64,000 nucleotides of DNA from Minisyncoccota bacterium (GCA_028718635.1 JAQULK010000001.1:607834-671833); one strand, 5' to 3'. Counted from the stretch's first letter, positions 29,157-38,027 are shown. Numbers and translations are program-made. The notes: a model not told the origin generated them from the sequence alone.

Positions 29157-29480
29157 ATGAACCAAAGGAATGAAAAAGTAGCGAATCAGATTAAAGAATT
29201 ATCAGCGCAATTTTTAGGACGCGAGGATAATAAAACTTCGCTCATCACCGTCACTTCCGCCACCACCTCTCCTGATTTAAAACGAGCGACTATCTTTATC
29301 ACCGTGCTTCCCGATTCCAAAGAAAAATCTGCGTTGGATTTTGTAAAGCGAAAGCTTAAAGATTTGCGGGAATATTTGAAGAAAAATATGCCGATTAAAA
29401 TTATTCCCTTTCTGGATGTGTCGATAGATCTTGGAGAAAAAAATAGGCAAAAAATTGACGAACTGCTTCGAAATGGTTAA
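29157..29480 (+). CDS. rbfA: Ribosome-binding factor A
   Basis: KH-like RbfA pattern: VANQIKELSAQFL...LITVTSATTSPDLKRATIFITVL...IPFLDVSID. Confidence 0.75.
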   Translation: MNQRNEKVANQIKELSAQFLGREDNKTSLITVTSATTSPDLKRATIFITVLPDSKEKSALDFVKRKLKDLREYLKKNMPIKIIPFLDVSIDLGEKNRQKIDELLRNG

Positions 29481-29505
29481 ACTTCTTGAATAGTCTTTAA
29501 AAAAA

Positions 29506-29577
29506 GGCCTGGTAGCCAAGTGGTAAGGCATTCCTCTGCAAAAGGAATATACGGCGGTTCAATTCCGCCCCAGGCCT
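29506..29577 (+). tRNA. tRNA-Cys (GCA)
   Basis: Cloverleaf: acceptor GGCCTGG/CCAGGCC, anticodon loop CTGCAAA, T-loop TTCAATT. Confidence 0.8.
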
Positions 29578-29579
29578 CA

Positions 29580-31229
29580 TTAAAATATGTTAAAATATTT
29601 TAAGATAAATAATTGCCCAAGTGGCGTAATTGGTAGCCGCGCAAGACTTAAAATTTTGTGACCGCAAGGTCGTGTGGGTTCGATTCCCACCTTGGGCACC
29701 AGAATAGAACTAGACGGTTTTTCAGAAACCAAAATGCGGGACGCGCGAAGCGCGTCCCAAGGATTCCCGCCGAATTCCCCCAACGAATTCAGAATTTTTG
29801 GCGCGCTTGCGCGCACTAATTTTTCGCCAAGAAGCAGGTTCGAGCCAAAGATTTCTTTGGCTTTGACCTTTTTTGCAAAAAGGTCATCATCAGAAGCAAT
29901 TTTGTCCAAGGATTGAGCGTCTTTTATCCATTCTTTCATCGGTTCGAGCCAATCATTCTGCTTGTGTGAAAGAGAGGTTATTTCTTCTTGGAGAGACTTC
30001 TTTTCAGATAACAACTTTGCTTTTTGATTTCGATAATCTTGTTCATCAATTACTTGGTCTAAATATCCTGTAAGAAGTCGCTCTAACTTTTGTGAAATGA
30101 CCGATAGTCTTGTTTCGTTCTCTTTCACACAAGCAGTCAAAGACGGGGCGGAATTGTTAAAATCTTTTTCTGCCATTTTTAACAATTCTTCCGCCCAGTC
30201 TTTGGGCAAAGAAACTTTTTGTATTTCGGATGATAACTGGCGATCCAATTCTTTTTCTCGAACGGCAGACTCGGAGCATTTTATAGTTTTAGATTTTTTT
30301 GTACAACGATAATATGTGTATTCATGGACATTACCATTTTTCTGCCGTTTGAATTTGTGTTCGCCAGTTATCATCATCCCACAAGAAGCACAGGAAATGA
30401 GTCCGCAAAATGGTTGAGGTTCGTTTTGTGGTTTTCGTTCGGGTTGTCCACGGAGTTTCAACATTTCCTGTGCTTCATCAAAAAGTTTCATTGAAATAAT
30501 TGGCTCATGAATACCTTCATGAATTTCTCCGCCATATTTAAACAAACCGATATAGAACGGATTAGAGAGGATAAAAGACGCTTTGGTTTTGGAGATTCTC
30601 TTTCCGGTTCGAGTGGTAACGCCGGACTTTGCCAAAAATGATGACACATCTTCCAGTCGCATATTTCCTTTTGTGTATTTCTCAAAAGCCAAGCGCACGA
30701 TGCGAGATTTTTTCTTTTCCACCACGATTGTTTTTGTTCGTGAATCGTTGAGATAACCCACTGGCGCTTGGCTTGGGAATATACCCATTCTGACTTTTTG
30801 GCGAAGTCCGCGTTTCGTATTTTCGGAAAGAGAATCGACATAGTATTTGCTTTGTACAAAGGCCATAGAGAGCGTAAATTTGCCCTGTGGCGTACTTTCA
30901 AACCAAAACTGTGGGAACTTAAGGCTCACAAGCAATCCGATGTCTAAAAAGTAGACAATCTTTCCACCGTCCACCGAATTGCGGGCCAAACGATCTGGAT
31001 GCCAAGAGAGAATACAATCTGCATCGCCCTTTTCAATACGCTTCATCATTTCATTAAAAATTGGACGACCTGGAATTTTAGCAGATTGTTTTTCGATAAA
31101 CTCTTGGGCGATGTTCAGATTTTCTCTCTTGGCGAACTCCCGCAATTCGGTGAGTTGTGCGTCAATTGATAAAACCTGCTTGTCTTCGACATCGGTTGAC
31201 TTGCGAGCATACAAAAAGAATTTTTGCAT
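29580..31229 (-). CDS. Large serine recombinase (integrase/invertase). The ORF reads through tRNA-Leu(TAA) on the opposite strand before reaching a stop.
   Basis: Resolvase catalytic N-terminus (YARKSTDVEDKQVLSIDAQ), recombinase domain, zinc ribbon (CGLISCASCG...YYRC), coiled-coil C-terminus. The last ~45 codons lie inside the 149-bp inverted repeat. Confidence 0.8.
   Translation of the reverse strand: MQKFFLYARKSTDVEDKQVLSIDAQLTELREFAKRENLNIAQEFIEKQSAKIPGRPIFNEMMKRIEKGDADCILSWHPDRLARNSVDGGKIVYFLDIGLLVSLKFPQFWFESTPQGKFTLSMAFVQSKYYVDSLSENTKRGLRQKVRMGIFPSQAPVGYLNDSRTKTIVVEKKKSRIVRLAFEKYTKGNMRLEDVSSFLAKSGVTTRTGKRISKTKASFILSNPFYIGLFKYGGEIHEGIHEPIISMKLFDEAQEMLKLRGQPERKPQNEPQPFCGLISCASCGMMITGEHKFKRQKNGNVHEYTYYRCTKKSKTIKCSESAVREKELDRQLSSEIQKVSLPKDWAEELLKMAEKDFNNSAPSLTACVKENETRLSVISQKLERLLTGYLDQVIDEQDYRNQKAKLLSEKKSLQEEITSLSHKQNDWLEPMKEWIKDAQSLDKIASDDDLFAKKVKAKEIFGSNLLLGEKLVRASAPKILNSLGEFGGNPWDALRASRILVSEKPSSSILVPKVGIEPTRPCGHKILSLARLPITPLGQLFILKYFNIF
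29625..29701 (+). tRNA. tRNA-Leu (TAA), CCA encoded. Its last nucleotides form the end of the 149-bp inverted repeat.
   Basis: Acceptor GCCCAAG/CTTGGGC, anticodon loop CTTAAAA, long variable arm, T-loop TTCGATT, ACCA tail. Confidence 0.8.
29695..29843. repeat. IR1-left: 149-bp inverted repeat overlapping the recombinase 3' end and the tRNA-Leu(TAA) 3' end
   Basis: Reverse-complement match to 31426-31574 with one mismatch. Confidence 0.85.
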
Positions 31230-31243
31230 AATATTTTTCTAAA

Positions 31244-31306
31244 AGCAGAAATGGTTGTACTAGGCGCACAATCCCAACAATAAAGTTAAAATTGTTCTAG
31301 CACAAC
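31244..31306. promoter_or_regulatory. 20-bp imperfect inverted repeat pair in the recombinase upstream region; candidate operator or recombination site
   Basis: AGCAGAAATGGTTGTACTAG, 23-bp spacer, CTAGCACAACCATTTCTGCT. The arms match 19 of 20. Confidence 0.35.
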
Positions 31307-31425
31307 CATTTCTGCTAACTTTACTTAATAATAATTGTGCGCAAAGTCATTATACTACTTTTAGAAAAAAGACAAAAATTCTTTTTGTATTTAAAGCAAA
31401 TACTATGTCAAAATTGCTTCTGATT

Positions 31426-31574
31426 TCGAACCTGCTTCTTGGCGAAAAATTAGTGCGCGCAAGCGCGCCAAAAATTCTGAATTCGTTGGGGGAATTCGGC
31501 GGGAATCCTTGGGACGCGCTTCGCGCGTCCCGCATTTTGGCTTCTGAAAAACCGTCTAGTTCTATTCTGGTGCC
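31426..31574. repeat. IR1-right: inverted copy of the 149-bp repeat, including a copy of the tRNA-Leu 3'-terminal GGCACC
   Basis: Reverse complement of 29695-29843. It encodes the same recombinase C-terminal peptide on the plus strand. Confidence 0.85.
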
Positions 31575-31986
31575 TCTATTATACCAAGTTAGGACCTATT
31601 TTCAAAACAAAGTGAGGTAATCGCACGCGCGGAGCGCGTGGTGATGTGAAAGTTTTTCGTACGCTCGACGCAAAGCCCCGCCACTGCCTCGCTTCACTCG
31701 GCAACCCCAAAAAGAAAAAATGTTCCTTGCTCTTTTGATTTTCGCGGGGGGATTTTTTTCTAAAATGGAAAGGACATTTTTCTTTTTGGTGTTCTGCCTT
31801 CCAAGTATTCAGGCAGTGTGGCGGGGCTTCAATTCGGACTTCGGCAAAGCGGAAAATCTATTTTTCTGGGGGAAAGGATTTTTCCGCTTTGCCTCAGACT
31901 GTTTTTATTTTTGGCCCGCGCGCAGAAAGGGGTCTGGGGAATGAATGCGCGCGGGCTTTTGAGGCGGGGCTATTTTTTCCAATCTT
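31571..31986. repeat. IR2-left: ~415-bp GC-rich, highly structured inverted repeat; candidate structured RNA or recombination arm
   Basis: Reverse-complement identical to 36244-36657. It contains several perfect hairpins, including GGCAAAGCGGAAAATC...GATTTTCCGCTTTGCC, GCCCGCGCGC...GCGCGCGGGC and CACGCGC GGA GCGCGTG. Confidence 0.85.
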
Positions 31987-32149
31987 TAATAATCAAATGT
32001 CTTGCTTTGAGTTCAACAACCAATTTTTGTTTTTCTTTCCACTTTAGCTTGCGAACATATTCAATCGGCAAGGTTATAGAAAAGCTGTTGCCTCCGGCAA
32101 CTTTGGAAAGTTTTCTGATGTTATGATTTTGTGATTTTTGTGTTGGCAT
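31970..32149 (-). CDS. AbrB/MazE (SpoVT/AbrB swapped-hairpin) family small DNA-binding protein, 59 aa. It is not in the ORF track.
   Basis: Minus-strand translation MPTQKSQNHNIRKLSKVAGGNSFSITLPIEYVRKLKWKEKQKLVVELKARHLIIKDWKK matches the AbrB/MazE pattern K.G.S..VTIP.E....L....D.V.L...G..I.L. Confidence 0.45.
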   Translation of the reverse strand: MPTQKSQNHNIRKLSKVAGGNSFSITLPIEYVRKLKWKEKQKLVVELKARHLIIKDWKK

Positions 32150-32176
32150 AGTGGTTCATGAATACTTTCATGAGAA

Positions 32177-35100
32177 TCATTTATTTCCCATTAACTCATT
32201 TATTTTAGCTAAAGTGGTTTTGCCGACATAGCCAGTTCCTTTGATAAAACCCCATGGCACAAGAACATCCTTTACATATTTTTCTTGGAATTTGATTACT
32301 GCTTTTTTAGTGAGCAGACCGAAAAAATTGGTTTCTTTGCCAGGAGAACCAGCGCCTGAATCGGCCACTTTTGTATCTGGATCGGAATTGAGGAAAATTT
32401 GCAAGCGTTTAATATCGGCGTTTGTTTGTCTGTATTGCAAGTATTTAGTAAATGGATTGGTAAGCGACAAATTATTTGTCTGTTGCAAATTTTCCGTCGG
32501 GGTACTACTGGATTTTAGAATAATTGTACTTGAGGCAATACCTGACGATTGGCCATAGTATGTGAAGAATTTAACATAAATTTTGTATGTTCCGGCGGGA
32601 CAAGTTGGATTTTTTATCACATCAAATTTTGAGCAAAGATCAATTTGTTTGGTTGCTGAATAATTTTCTTGGCTGGCGTCATTGAAATCACCGGTCAAGG
32701 AAATTGCCATTTTTTTAACATCTGAACCAGCGTTGAAGTTGAGATTAACAATTCTGCTTGTAGTTGTACCTGCTCCAGAATTTACTAAAACTTTGAATCC
32801 GCCTGTCGGCGTTATTGGTAAATTACTCCAACCTGCTGGCATACCACCGCCTCCACACCCGCTCGTTGATTTTGTAATTGAAATTGAACTAGTTTCTGTT
32901 CCGTCACCGTTTCTATATATTACGGAGTAATCGTATGAATGACCGCAAGATAATCCGGTATCTGTCCAGGAGTTAGTTTGTATCCAGCCAGAATTGGCAC
33001 CGGAACGAGAAAAATAATATCCTGATGTTCCGCTTGTATCATTTGGAAAACTATCAACGCTCAAAGTTACACTGTTTGAATTTGATGAGGCGGAAAGATT
33101 AGTTGGAATCGGAGCTAAAGTATATCTAGACAATGAATCAGAAAAAGCGGATTCGTTTAAATTGTTATCCCGTGCTTTGACTTGATAAGTATATTGAGTA
33201 TTAGCGGAAAGTCCGGAGTCAATTAAAGAAGTTGATGATTGCCAGTCAGAAGAAGATGATCCGCCAGAGTGTCCTGTTGTTTCGTTGAACCAATATGGAG
33301 CTGAGTGTAATCCCGGGTCTGCATCAGTAGCCGTCTGAGATGTAATAGTTAATTGAGTTGTTGAATCAATAGATATAGACGAAATGCCTACATTAGTTGG
33401 CGCGCCTGTATTTTGTTCCAAAGCAAAAATGTGTGTGGAATATCCCCCAGTATAGGTAAATGTTAAATTACCCGAAGAATCTGAAAGGCATAACCCGTTG
33501 GTGCAGGTATCACCGGTAATTGCAGTTGTGGAGGCTACCCCGTCTAATTTAAATTGGTAATACTTACTCGATGCTAAATTACCAATTGTATAAATGGTAT
33601 TTGTTGCGATAGACGAGGTGGCTGTCCATTGCTTGTTCTTTGTTCCTGATGTTAGCCAAGAATCAAGAGTAACATTTATATACTCACTGTAATCAGATGA
33701 AGGCCAGCCGCCAACAGGAGAAACTGAAAAATTAGCAGATTGTGTGCTTGATGTGGCTGTAGTGTATCTATATTTTCCGTCAGAATAAATTCTGATTGAA
33801 CCAGTCGGGTCAACTAAATCTGTGCCAATAGTATATGGTGGTTGATATTCGTATGCACCAATATCGGGAGTGCCGTAAATATGGTTGCCAGAAATATCAG
33901 TGGTCAAGGAAAGGTTGGTACCGGTATCTATGCCAGGCGACAAATTTTGAAGAGAATAAATATTGCTCGAAGAATCTAGAAACAAAGGATTTGCATTAAT
34001 GCTATTAGCATCTTTTCCTGTAATAGCATTATCACTAATTAACGCCGTTTTCCACAAGCTAAAATCAGTATAATTTGTACCATTCAACGCAGATAAATGC
34101 GCACCATTAGGAGCATAATACAAGTTATTATCAATACCGACAGAAGTATAAGGTCCTGAAATTGAAACATTTTGTAAATTATTTCCGAGAGAAGCCTCCG
34201 TATAGACAAGATTATTTTTAAAGATTACTTTTTTTCCACTTGTTTGTGTATCCATGCCATGTCCATATCCTCCAGGGGCAGATGGATTATGAATAACCGT
34301 ATTGTTATAAAATGTGGATGTATTTATCGTAGATTGACCGGTAAAGTTAAGACCGTTAACATGGGCGTTTCTAACTAGGTTATAGTAATAATTATTACCT
34401 CCATTACCAGAAGTTACCCCATCGCTTATCTGACCTTCCAATAAATTGTTTCTGTAGATATTATTGGTAGCACTTGATCCAGCAATAAATATTCCGGAAC
34501 CACTCATGGTGGGGTATTCTAATAAATTCCAAGTATATGATATATTGTTACCAAAAATAGAATTGGAGTTCGCATTATTTAAAAAAACACCATATTGAAA
34601 ACTATTTGTGGTACTTGTACCGATAATATTTGTTGAGACATTGGAATTACTACTACCATTCAAATATATCCCAATAAGAGCGGCACTTGTTTTATCAGAA
34701 TTTGTGTTTGTAATAGTATTTCCCGTTATAGTGTGCGAGTTGGTGGTCACGGAGATTCCCTGACTTACTGTTCCGTTTGTCACTATTGAATTGCTGGTTA
34801 TATTAAGCGTTGTCGCTGTATCGACAGTGATACCATAATTGAAACCATTGCTCGCAGTGCTACCAATTATGTTTTGATCTATTGTACTATTGCTGGAAAC
34901 TCCAGTAATAAAAATGCCCACTAATCCAGCATTTGTTTTTGTGACATTAGAGTTGGTCATTGTATTACCACGAACAACTGTTGATGCTCCAGTGTTCACA
35001 TAAACTCCTTTTGCCCCAACCGCACTCGTAACAATTGTATTGTTTAATATCTGAGTGCCAGTCACACCACCAGTGGTGATATAAATGCCCGTGCCTAAAT

Positions 35101-35590
35101 CGTTAGTAATATCGCATCTTTGTACGATTCCGCCACTCATTGAACCCATGAAAACTAAAGCACCATTGGTATCACCTCCTCTTAAATCTAAATCCTGGAA
35201 CGTTACATTACTTTTACCGTTTGATAAAACAGCGTGGATATTCGTATCAGTTATAGCATTCAAAATTGGTTTATTTCCTGTACCATATGCTCCTGTAACT
35301 ATTGGAGTTGTTACGCCACCCTCATCGGCTGTTATATAAACATTTGAGAATGAATCTCCTCGATTGAATAATATTTCATCACCACTTACCAATACAGTAG
35401 AGGCAGACAATCCAGTCGCAGAACCGTCCCAAGGATGATGAGCCCAGGTCGTCGATATTGAAGTTCCATTGTTTGAATCTGACCCAGTAGCACTTATATA
35501 ATACGTTGTCGCACTTGCCGACTTAACAAATAAAAAGCAAGTTCCGAATATAACGAAAACAAAAAAGATTTTATAATATTTATTCAACAT
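32177..35590 (-). CDS. Giant secreted surface protein: right-handed parallel beta-helix repeats, Ig/FN3-like middle region, C-terminal peptidoglycan-binding domain
   Basis: Signal peptide. Dozens of NxTI/GxxxN beta-helix rungs with a DIGAYEY cap. C-terminal IKRLQIFLNSDPD...GLLTKKAVIKFQEKY resembles a PG_binding_1 domain. Confidence 0.7.
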   Translation of the reverse strand: MLNKYYKIFFVFVIFGTCFLFVKSASATTYYISATGSDSNNGTSISTTWAHHPWDGSATGLSASTVLVSGDEILFNRGDSFSNVYITADEGGVTTPIVTGAYGTGNKPILNAITDTNIHAVLSNGKSNVTFQDLDLRGGDTNGALVFMGSMSGGIVQRCDITNDLGTGIYITTGGVTGTQILNNTIVTSAVGAKGVYVNTGASTVVRGNTMTNSNVTKTNAGLVGIFITGVSSNSTIDQNIIGSTASNGFNYGITVDTATTLNITSNSIVTNGTVSQGISVTTNSHTITGNTITNTNSDKTSAALIGIYLNGSSNSNVSTNIIGTSTTNSFQYGVFLNNANSNSIFGNNISYTWNLLEYPTMSGSGIFIAGSSATNNIYRNNLLEGQISDGVTSGNGGNNYYYNLVRNAHVNGLNFTGQSTINTSTFYNNTVIHNPSAPGGYGHGMDTQTSGKKVIFKNNLVYTEASLGNNLQNVSISGPYTSVGIDNNLYYAPNGAHLSALNGTNYTDFSLWKTALISDNAITGKDANSINANPLFLDSSSNIYSLQNLSPGIDTGTNLSLTTDISGNHIYGTPDIGAYEYQPPYTIGTDLVDPTGSIRIYSDGKYRYTTATSSTQSANFSVSPVGGWPSSDYSEYINVTLDSWLTSGTKNKQWTATSSIATNTIYTIGNLASSKYYQFKLDGVASTTAITGDTCTNGLCLSDSSGNLTFTYTGGYSTHIFALEQNTGAPTNVGISSISIDSTTQLTITSQTATDADPGLHSAPYWFNETTGHSGGSSSSDWQSSTSLIDSGLSANTQYTYQVKARDNNLNESAFSDSLSRYTLAPIPTNLSASSNSNSVTLSVDSFPNDTSGTSGYYFSRSGANSGWIQTNSWTDTGLSCGHSYDYSVIYRNGDGTETSSISITKSTSGCGGGGMPAGWSNLPITPTGGFKVLVNSGAGTTTSRIVNLNFNAGSDVKKMAISLTGDFNDASQENYSATKQIDLCSKFDVIKNPTCPAGTYKIYVKFFTYYGQSSGIASSTIILKSSSTPTENLQQTNNLSLTNPFTKYLQYRQTNADIKRLQIFLNSDPDTKVADSGAGSPGKETNFFGLLTKKAVIKFQEKYVKDVLVPWGFIKGTGYVGKTTLAKINELMGNK

Positions 35591-35596
35591 AATTTA

Positions 35597-35932
35597 TTAT
35601 TTCTTTTGCAATACCGTCGAAACTTCAAAAATTGAGGTTTTCTTCAGTACAATTTTGTAAACACTTTCCAAAAAATCGCCACCAGCGTAACCGACAACAA
35701 ACGCTAATGCCGGAGTAAATTCACCAAGACCAAAAAAGTTTAATCCAAGTTCTTTTGTTGCAACTGCGGTCAAAAGACCAATAATGCCGGAGATAAAAAC
35801 CATAACGAAAAAATACAAAGTTTCAAATTTAGGCGTTTTGTAAGAAAACTGTTTGAAAAATCCAAACAAAGCTCTTACCATTCCTCCGCCGAATCCGGCG
35901 ATCAATATTGAGAAGTAAAATGATTCCCACAT
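35597..35932 (-). CDS. Small three-transmembrane membrane protein. It is the first gene of the surface-protein operon; a holin-like role is possible.
   Basis: Three hydrophobic helices; translationally adjacent to the giant gene. Confidence 0.3.
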   Translation of the reverse strand: MWESFYFSILIAGFGGGMVRALFGFFKQFSYKTPKFETLYFFVMVFISGIIGLLTAVATKELGLNFFGLGEFTPALAFVVGYAGGDFLESVYKIVLKKTSIFEVSTVLQKK

Positions 35933-36042
35933 AGTTTTGATAAGTTAATTGTTAATAATTAAATACAAAAAACACCGCAAAAACGGTGTTATAATTTAAG
36001 TGGAAAAGTTAAACAAACAAAAACACGGAGAGCGCGTGTTAC

Positions 36043-36062
36043 TCTCTCTCTCTCTCTCTCTC
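36043..36062. repeat. (CT)10 dinucleotide repeat in the operon upstream region
   Basis: ctctctctctctctctctct, about 110 bp upstream of the first ATG of the operon. Confidence 0.9.
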
Positions 36063-36243
36063 GATTCGTGCCGAAATTTTGTTCATAATTTTTTTGATAA
36101 TAACGTCTCCAACCATATTTGTATTATAGCAAATTTTGGTGTAAAGTGTAAATACAAAGTCAAGCTGTGAATTTCGTTTTCCCCCACCCAAAAACTAGCG
36201 GAGTAAGCGGAGGATTATCCAATATCATGAATGTATTCATGAG

Positions 36244-36657
36244 GATTGGAAAAAATAGCCCCGCCTCAAAAGCCCGCGCGCATTCATTCCCCAGACCCCT
36301 TTCTGCGCGCGGGCCAAAAATAAAAACAGTCTGAGGCAAAGCGGAAAAATCCTTTCCCCCAGAAAAATAGATTTTCCGCTTTGCCGAAGTCCGAATTGAA
36401 GCCCCGCCACACTGCCTGAATACTTGGAAGGCAGAACACCAAAAAGAAAAATGTCCTTTCCATTTTAGAAAAAAATCCCCCCGCGAAAATCAAAAGAGCA
36501 AGGAACATTTTTTCTTTTTGGGGTTGCCGAGTGAAGCGAGGCAGTGGCGGGGCTTTGCGTCGAGCGTACGAAAAACTTTCACATCACCACGCGCTCCGCG
36601 CGTGCGATTACCTCACTTTGTTTTGAAAATAGGTCCTAACTTGGTATAATAGAGGCA
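36244..36657. repeat. IR2-right: inverted copy of the ~415-bp structured repeat
   Basis: Reverse complement of 31571-31986. Confidence 0.85.
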
Positions 36658-36691
36658 CATTACGTTAGGTAAGACCCAACGTAAAAGTTTT

Positions 36692-36764
36692 GCGCCCTTA
36701 GCTCAGCTGGTAGAGCAGATCCCTCTTAAGGATAAGGTCGTTGGTTCGATCCCAACAGGGCGCA
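36692..36764 (+). tRNA. tRNA-Lys (CTT)
   Basis: Acceptor GCGCCCT/AGGGCGC, D-arm TAGCTCAGCTGGTAGAGC, anticodon loop CTCTTAA, T-loop TTCGATC. Confidence 0.8.
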
Positions 36765-36767
36765 CAT

Positions 36768-36849
36768 GCCGGGATGGCGGAATTGGTATACGCGCTAGTC
36801 TTAGGAACTAGTGGGGCAACCCTTGGGAGTTCGAGTCTCCCTCCCGGCA
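36768..36849 (+). tRNA. tRNA-Leu (TAG)
   Basis: Acceptor GCCGGGA/TCCCGGC, anticodon loop CTTAGGA, long variable arm, T-loop TTCGAGT. Confidence 0.8.
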
Positions 36850-36945
36850 CAAATATATGGGATATATTTTTGCCAGACTCGAAAGCCGGAAGCCGACGGG
36901 CTGAGGCGGGGTCGCAGGATTTTTCAGTAGAAAAATACCTGTGAC

Positions 36946-36965
36946 CGAGTCTCCCTCCCGGCACA
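36946..36965 (+). repeat. 20-bp direct repeat of the tRNA-Leu(TAG) 3' end; att-like scar
   Basis: CGAGTCTCCCTCCCGGCACA repeats 36832-36851, 95 bp downstream of the tRNA. Confidence 0.6.
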
Positions 36966-37003
36966 CTTGACATTTGTATTCATAAGTGCTATACTAAACC
37001 CGT

Positions 37004-37687
37004 ATGAATAAAATAGACACAAAATCAATAGTTATTGGGTTAGAAATACTATCAGTGTTGATGTTTAGTTTGTTGATCACACCCGCAAAAGCATTTGCAA
37101 CGCCCGGGTATGTTGACAACCCTACGCCTTTTATTTCATCCATTAGCCCAAATTCTAGCAATCCTAATCAGGGGTCAATTGTTATTGCGATTACAGGAAA
37201 TGGATTCATTCCAAGTTCAATTGCTAGAGTCAACGGTTCTGACCGCATGACTACTTTTATAGATTACTCTCATATTTTGATTAGATTAAATTCAAATGAT
37301 ACTCGCAACACTGATGGAATATACATTAATGTCTTTAATGGATTTCCAGGTGGAGGATATTCGAATGCGGAATTATTCACCATAAATAATAACAATAATA
37401 ATTCGACAACAATAACCAGAACTACCACAAACACAGTAAATAATAATACAGACAATACTTATTCAAATACGAATCAAAACACAAGTCAAACAAAAAATAC
37501 AACTACTACCGACTCAAATTCCAGCAACCTAGCAGCTACCGCTATTTTCGGATCAAACGGCTTCCTTCCTTCTGGTTTAATTCAGTGGATATTGTTTGCT
37601 ATAGTTATCTTGCTCATCATTATCTTGGTCAGAAAAATCTTCGGAGCTAGGGCAAAATACAACGAATCACCGTTAAAAAGCCCGTAA
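37004..37687 (+). CDS. Cell-surface protein with an IPT/TIG-like domain, an N/T-rich linker and a C-terminal transmembrane anchor
   Basis: Signal peptide; ISSISPNSSNPNQGSIVIAITGNGF is IPT-like; a poly-N/T tract; a C-terminal hydrophobic helix followed by basic residues. Confidence 0.5.
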   Translation: MNKIDTKSIVIGLEILSVLMFSLLITPAKAFATPGYVDNPTPFISSISPNSSNPNQGSIVIAITGNGFIPSSIARVNGSDRMTTFIDYSHILIRLNSNDTRNTDGIYINVFNGFPGGGYSNAELFTINNNNNNSTTITRTTTNTVNNNTDNTYSNTNQNTSQTKNTTTTDSNSSNLAATAIFGSNGFLPSGLIQWILFAIVILLIIILVRKIFGARAKYNESPLKSP

Positions 37688-37711
37688 GAATCCTGCCACC
37701 ATACTAAAAAA

Positions 37712-37735
37712 AGGAAGCCTTGCTTCCTTTTTTTA
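37712..37735 (+). terminator. Rho-independent terminator (bidirectional)
   Basis: A-run, AGGAAGC CTTG CTTCCT, then a T-run. Confidence 0.6.
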
Positions 37736-38008
37736 TATTTTAGTATGTATTATTTTCTCGATTGCCTTTATTCGCTTCAGGCTTGCTAAAATTTCTTCAG
37801 CTTTTACTCCGCCTTTCTTAAACTTAGTGAAATCAATTAAAGTTTTCCAAGTTCCCTCATCCCCCCACTCATCAACAGGCATAATGTTGAAAATGGGTTT
37901 TGAACGACGAACAACAGTAAAAGACTTGCCCTCTGCAATGGCATTTATATATTTTTCTGCATTTAAGCGCAGATCTTTTAAACCAATAATGCTTGTTTTC
38001 GTAGACAT
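37733..38008 (-). CDS. Phd/YefM-like antitoxin-domain protein; orphan, no adjacent toxin
   Basis: IIGLKDLRLNAEKYINAIAEGKSFTVVRRSKPIFNIMPVDEW resembles the Phd/YefM N-terminal fold. Confidence 0.35.
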   Translation of the reverse strand: MSTKTSIIGLKDLRLNAEKYINAIAEGKSFTVVRRSKPIFNIMPVDEWGDEGTWKTLIDFTKFKKGGVKAEEILASLKRIKAIEKIIHTKI

Positions 38009-38027
38009 ACGTATAAGTTTATCTTAA

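Noticed and set aside
29580-31600. Interpretation of the recombinase locus as a prophage
   Set aside because: No phage structural, terminase or repressor genes are present. The cargo is a single surface-protein operon and the architecture is dominated by long inverted repeats. I interpreted it as a recombinase-associated cassette, not as a phage.
31720-31944. 74-aa ORF present identically in both 415-bp inverted-repeat arms (also at 36284-36508 on the minus strand)
   Set aside because: The peptide is extremely F/W/G-rich and has no recognisable fold. It lies in a stretch made of GC-rich hairpins. It is more likely a by-product of a structured noncoding repeat than a gene.
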